Shown in pieces: positions 52,585 through 59,535 of a stretch of 64,000 nt of DNA. Every line of letters starts with the position of its first letter. The stretch's first letter is position 1. The stretch is from NCBI RefSeq assembly GCF_006345805.1, contig NC_043001.1, positions 10,416,001-10,480,000 of the forward strand. Reading direction: 5' to 3'. Position numbers and translations under genes: made by a program. This stretch comes from Octopus sinensis. Taxonomy: Eukaryota. The notes beneath the pieces are model-generated. The model did no database searches, was not told the origin of the DNA, and saw only the letters and a program-made list of their open reading frames with translations.

Positions 52585-55500
52585 TATTCCATATTTAAGC
52601 TGTCAAACTGGCAGAGTCGTTAGCATGCCAGGTAAAATGCTTAGCAGTATTTCGTCTGCCACTACGTTCTGAGTTCAAATTCTACTGGGGTCGACTTTTG
52701 CCTTTCATCCTTTCAGGCTCAATCGAATAAGTTCCAATTATGCCCTGGGGTCGATGTAATCAACATAATCCCTTCCCTTAATCTGCCCTTGTTGCAAAAA
52801 TTTGAAATCCTTATTTATTTCACATTTCACATGGTTTGGTCCCCAGTGATGTACTTAATAAGAACAGTGATACACCTGGTTCATAATTATGGGTTCCTGA
52901 TTATGATTCAAACCCATATCTTCATCTTCATCATCATGACCCTTACAACCACTTTTCCATGTTTTCATGGGTTGAAGGTCTATTTCCCCCAAAGTTCTTT
53001 TTTTTTTTTTTCATTTGTTGTGTTCCTTTGTCAATGGCTTTGTTAGACTCAACATATTCACGTATGAAACTTCCAGTGACAATCTGAGATCAAACTTATT
53101 GAAACTGCAAAGATGAAAAAGATTAAATTAATGGACTGAAAAAATTATAATTTTAATAACAAAATCTCATCGTGAATATTTAATGCAATTTCTACTTAAG
53201 ATTAATAGAAGATATACACAGATTGGTTTCAAAATATTTGATTTATATCAGATATTGGATGTCTCATTCATGAATATGCTGAATCTCACAAAGTACTTGA
53301 CAAAGGAACACAACAAATGCTAATGATTCCACAAGTTTGTATACAGCATGGCTCAGTTTTCCGGCATAAATAATTTTTTATTTTTTTTATTTTCTCATAT
53401 TTTAAATTCAGTTACTGAAAAGTCTTGTCAGTTGAGGAACTTATCTATTATATAAAATCTGTTCAGGCGGCGATCTGACAGAAAGGTTAGCACACTGGGC
53501 AAAATGCTTAGCAGTATTTCGTCTGACGTTACGTTTTGAGTTCAAATTCCGCCAAGGTCGACTTTGCCTTTCATCCTTTCGGGGTCGATAAATTAAGTAC
53601 CAATTACACAGTGGGGTCTATATAATCAACTTAATCCCTTTGTCTGTCCTTGTTTGTCCCCTGTATGTTTAGCCCCTTGTGGGCAATAAAGAAATATATA
53701 TAAAATCCATTCTGTCTGTCTGTGTGTGTGTCTTCTAGGAGTCAGGCATCCTCCATCCGATTGCACTCAAATTTGATATGTAGATACCGACGGTATCAGG
53801 GCGTGTATAAGCCTTGAAAAAATTACAAAAATCGATTCCAGGTGAGAATGCAATCAATAAAGCCATGGGAACGTGCATTCTCAAAGGGGAGGCCTATGGG
53901 ACGGTTGATAAAGTTGTCTTGAGAAAATTTGGTTTAAATGTTTGACAACACCGTCCATTGGACGGGAGGCATTTTGCTCGTAACACATAAACCCATGAGT
54001 CAAAACTATTGAAAAGGTTGTAAGACACAACGAAAATTTTAGGACAACAAAAATAAGAAAAATGTGGAAATTTTACCTTTGAGTGTGTTAAATAATAAGG
54101 CACAAAAAGAAAATGACTCTTGCCAGGCACAACAATATAAACCAATACTTTTCTTCCATTATCATTTGACATACTTTTTTTTTAAGATCTTACTAAATCA
54201 GAGTTGCTAATCAGACCAACATTCCAAAATGACACAGCATTATAATTTTGTAGGATAGTTCTAATTTGGCATTAAGAAATGAAAGGTGTTTTGTCTTTGA
54301 ATACATAAATAAATATATTTCTATTTTCTTCAGTTTTAATCCCAAAGAAATAACTTTTCTATAGATTAACTTGTCTTGCAAGTTCTGGTTCCATTAAACG
54401 AGAAAGAAAGCTCTGTTCCAGCAAGCTGCATTTCCTTTCCGTATGACATCGATGAGTTTTGGAATCACGCATGAACGTGAATGGCCTCGTAGTGGTTTTA
54501 TTGTGCTTTATGATTAATGTTTTTCGATTGTTATGAATCATTTCAGTCATTCAGCAGTGTTTTTAGGTGATGTAATTCAAATATTGATGTTTAATTAGAA
54601 TTCTCCTTATAAATACACTCACTATATTTGTTACTTTTCCTCTGTGTGATAATTTATTTTATGTTTGTCTTCTTTTTCTTTTTTTCTTAGGAGGTCGTCG
54701 TTTAGATTCTGATTACAAGATAATTGGTAACATTGCTTCTGCTGACTTGAATGTAATTATCAAGCCTGAAGATAATGGCGCCATCTATGTTTGCAAAGCT
54801 ACAAATAATGCAACTGTCAGACCTTTACAGACACAAATACGGCTAAAAGTCTTCTGTGAGTAAGATTGCTTACAAAAGCAACCTGTTTTTTTTTTCCTTT
54901 TTAATATTTCCTAACCATTGCATTTTTCCCACAATTTTTTCATGCCTATAATGAAAGGTAATTCAAATATTCACAACTAATATGTTAATAAGGAAAACCA
55001 TAATTACAATTGTCTCTTATTGGGCTCAAATTACAATTTTTTCTTTCTTTTCTTTATTTTTTCTTTTCAAGTTCCACCAGTGTCGGTAAACATTACAACC
55101 AAACCAGATCAAGCTAGAGCTGGACAGAAGTATACCCTTACTTGCGAATGTTCTTCGAGTAATCCTGAAGCTGAAATTATCTGGTTACATAATAGCCAAA
55201 GGTTGCAGGGCAACAATCTTGCTCTGATGAATGGCAGCAATGGTGGGAAAATAACCATAAATATTTTGGAAATTATTCCTACACCTGATGACCACATGGC
55301 TGTTTATGGATGTCGAGCTATAAATCATGCAGTGGATAAATCTGTTAACGACGGAATTACTCTCGATATATTATGTAAGTTAAAGAATTCCTTATCAAGT
55401 TGGGCTCATTCTAATGTTCATTTTTTTTCTGGTACTGGATTCCTGGTACAGAGCTGCAGCCATGCTGATGCACCACCGTTTATGCAATATTTTGTTGTTT

Positions 55501-58500
55501 AATTTTATCTTTTAGCTTTGTGCAACATCAGGGAATGTTTTTTTATTCATAATTTAGTATATGGCTGGCTGTGAATACATGCCATTGAAAAGGCCCCCAA
55601 AAAGCCAAAATACACCTGATAATCGACTAGCCTCCTCCGCCTTCCTCAAATTGCTGGCTTTGTGCCAAACTTTGTTCCATTATTATTATTATTATTATTT
55701 ATTTATTCCATATTTAAGCTGTCAAACTGGCAGAGTCGTTAGCATGCCAGGTAAAATGCTTAGCAGTATTTCGTCTGCCACTACCTTCTGAGTTCAAATT
55801 CTGCTGGGGTCAACTTTTGCCTTTCATCCTTTCAGGGTCAATTGAATAAGTTCCAATTATGCACTGGCTGCTGAGATGAATTTTCATCTCTTCTTGATAG
55901 CGTGCTATTAACACAGTATATTCATAAAAGATGTCATTTCAGGACAAATACTGCTGTAACTGGCCTATCAACTGTGTATTTATATTATGTATGATACATA
56001 GCTAGCTATGAAATAATTTTGATTTTATCAAAGCTCTGTATAAAATGCTTTGTTAATGTAGAAATAAATATGATAGAAAAAAAATTTACTTTTTAATAAT
56101 CAAATATTTAACATTATCAAATTATTAATGTTTTGAAATAAATACAACCGTGTTTATTAATAATTGAATATTTTGATTTTCTGTTTCAGTTAAACCAGTC
56201 TTCAATACACTGATACCCCACAAAATCAGCATCTTAGAAGATGAATGGAAATCCGTGAATTTTAGTGTAAGAGCGAATCCGGAGAAAGTGAGGTTCAGCT
56301 TATGGCGAGATGGCCGTGTGTTGAAATTACCTCGAAATTTCCTTCTTGATGATGATGGCCTCTTGAATTTAACCAAAGTTAAGCAGAAAGACAGTGGGGA
56401 TTATCAAATAAAAGCAGTTAATAAAGAAGGTGCCACATTCTTAAACTTCACAGTTGATATACTCTGTAAGTATTTGGTGGTTTTTATTTTGATGTCCTTT
56501 ATGAAATTATGAGAAATAGGTTGTTGTTTTTATTATTTTTTTTTATGTGTGCTCTCTATCTGCCTTACTTCTTGTGTTAGATTACTAACTTCATCTAACT
56601 GTATGTCTGTCTGTTTGTCCAAAGAAATAGGCTTTTGAGCCTCTTTACCATTACTGCTATCTCAACACTTCAAAACTTTGCTCTTCAAAGAAGAATTTTT
56701 GCTCAGAATATCAGAACTCACATCTCCCAATAGAATACAAACTTATTCAAACTTAAAAGACATCAATGGTCATCCACAAGTGGTGGCCATCTCTTATTCC
56801 CTGGGACTCTGGTTTTATTTGTTGTTTAAGTCCATTTTCTATCTTTTACTTGTTTCAGTCATTAGACTGTGGCCATGCTGGGGCACTACCTTGAAGAATT
56901 TTAGTCGAGCAACTCAACCCCATTGCCATGTCTCTTTTGATGAACTGCTAAGTTACATGGACATAAACACACCAACACTGGTTGTCAAGTGGTGAAAGGA
57001 GACAAACACAGTCACAAAGATACACATACATATGATGGGCTTCTTTCAGTTTCCATCTACCAACAACACTCACAAGGTTTCGGTCAACCTGTGGCTATAG
57101 TAGAAGACTATAACCCACTGTAGGATTGAACCTGGAACCATGTGGTCGGGAAGCAAACGTCTTACCACACAGCCACACTTGCACCTATATGTCTATTTAA
57201 AAAAAAAAAGGAGACATCTTTGTGGCTTAGTCAGAAGTGGACAGTTTGCACTCATGACCTTTGCAAGGTGTGAAACTGATCTTAATTTAGATGAAACATT
57301 TGATCGACTGTCCAAAAACACTTATGGTTTTAACAGCTTTCCCCATAATTTCCACCTACCCTAATTTTACACCTGTGGCTTGTATTGACCTAATACTTTG
57401 TTGGAAGTCATTTTACTCTTGGTGACATACAGTAGAATCAAACCATGTACCATTTAAATTTCAAGGCAATTTTCAGCACCATCCATTCGTGGCCATTGCC
57501 AGCCTCGCCTGGCCCCCGTGCCGGTGGCACATAAAAAGCACCATCCGATCATGACCATTTGCCAGACTCGTCTGGCACGTAAAAAGCACCCACTTCACTC
57601 ATGGAGTGGTTGGCATTATGAAGGGCATCCAGCTGTAGAAACACTGCCAGATCAAACTGGGCCTGGTGCAGCCTTCTGGCTTCCCAGACCCCAGTTGAAC
57701 CGTCCAACCCATGCTAGCATGGAAAAAGGACGCTAAACGATGATGATGATGATGATGTGACTTTGACTCCGTTCACAAGGCTTATGTTGAGTCAAATCTA
57801 TGATAGAAGATACTTGCCCAAGGTGTCCATTGAGAAGGTCTAAACTTAGAAGAACACGACAGTGAAAGGAACTTCTTAATCACAGAGCCCTGATTGCATC
57901 TACAAAATATCCAGAAGTAACATAGTTTGATGCCCACCACTGCAGAACAAAAATTTAAAGGTTAATACTGTGATCCAGTGTGGTTCACTCACTAAAGAAG
58001 GATCATGAAAGTGTCATACAACCTACACCAGTTTGTCCTGCTGGGTGTGTTGTGTGGAACATTTTTAATAATACTAGCTGTATCACCCAGCATTGCTCGG
58101 GTTTGTTTAGACCCTTTAGAATTGGAATTTTTGAAAAGTAAAACTTTTGCATTATGTAGCTTGTTATTCTCTTTAAGTGAACATTCTTTCTGGTTGAAAT
58201 ACACCGAAAAATGGCGACACAGCTGTCAAAAAATCGTAAAAAAATAAGGTTTTTCATAGAAAAAAAGCACCTTTTTACGTAAATAATTTTTGATGTTAAC
58301 ATGGTTCGATTTGAATTTTTTCTTCTATGGAAGGAAGAGCAAGCCTTCTTCTATCATACTCTCAATTTTGGTCAACTTGCACAGCAGGGTCTCGGATTGT
58401 TAGTTGAAGGCTACCAAACCTGCCACACTCAGACAACTTCAGCTTTATGTATAGAGAGATTAAATGGCTTTTGGAGAGCATTACCCTTGTTATTCAACTT

Positions 58501-58690
58501 CCTGGAGCCCAATGTTGCTAATTCTCAATGTTCATTTGTTGGGTGTCAGCTTAGATTTAAACAGAATAAGTACATAGACTTACTGTCTTCTCTTTCTTTC
58601 AATCTCTCTCATTCACTCTCTCTCTCTCTTTCTCCCCTTATTCAGTCTTCCTTTTAGGCCTTGGAGATTTCTATTCACTTGTTTTTTTTT

Positions 58691-58751
<61 letters not shown>

Positions 58752-59043
58752 GTTTTAATATTTAATCTTGGTTTTAGGTTTTTGATTTGTGCAACTTTCA
58801 AGACTTTGAGAGAAAAAGAGGAATTAAAGTTTCCATCTTTTTTTAAAAAATGCTATTTTTCTACTATTTTGTGTGTGTGTGTGTGTGTGTTATACAGAGG
58901 ATTCAAATGCAGTTTGTGAATGTATGGCAGGGAGCCAATGGAAGCTGCTCTAATTCTAGACGTTCCATAAATATTTCACTAATAAACTAACTATACATTC
59001 TGTGTAAAAGAAGAGACTAGTAGTGTTCTAGATATTATTATTA

Positions 59044-59083
<40 letters not shown>

Positions 59084-59296
59084 CATTATTATTATTATTA
59101 TTATCATCATCATTATTATTATCATTATTATTATCATCATTATTATTATTATTATCATTATTTATTTTTATTATTATTATTATCATTATTATTATTATTA
59201 TTATCATCATTATTATTATTATTATTATTATTATCATTATTATTATTATTATTATCATTATTATTGTTATTATTATTATCATCATTATTATTATTA

Positions 59297-59336
<40 letters not shown>

Positions 59337-59482
59337 CATTATTATTATTATTATCATTATTAATATTATTATCATCATTATTATTGTTATTATTATCATT
59401 ATTATTATTATTATTATTATCATCATTATTATTATTATCATTATTATTATCATAATTATTATTATTATTATTATTACTATTA

Positions 59483-59535
<53 letters not shown>

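Noticed and set aside
54422-54500. Cryptic exon upstream of Ig5b (tgttccag acceptor, CpG-containing)
   Set aside because: The phase-1 reading hits TGA, there is no good donor, and Ig5 is complete without it.
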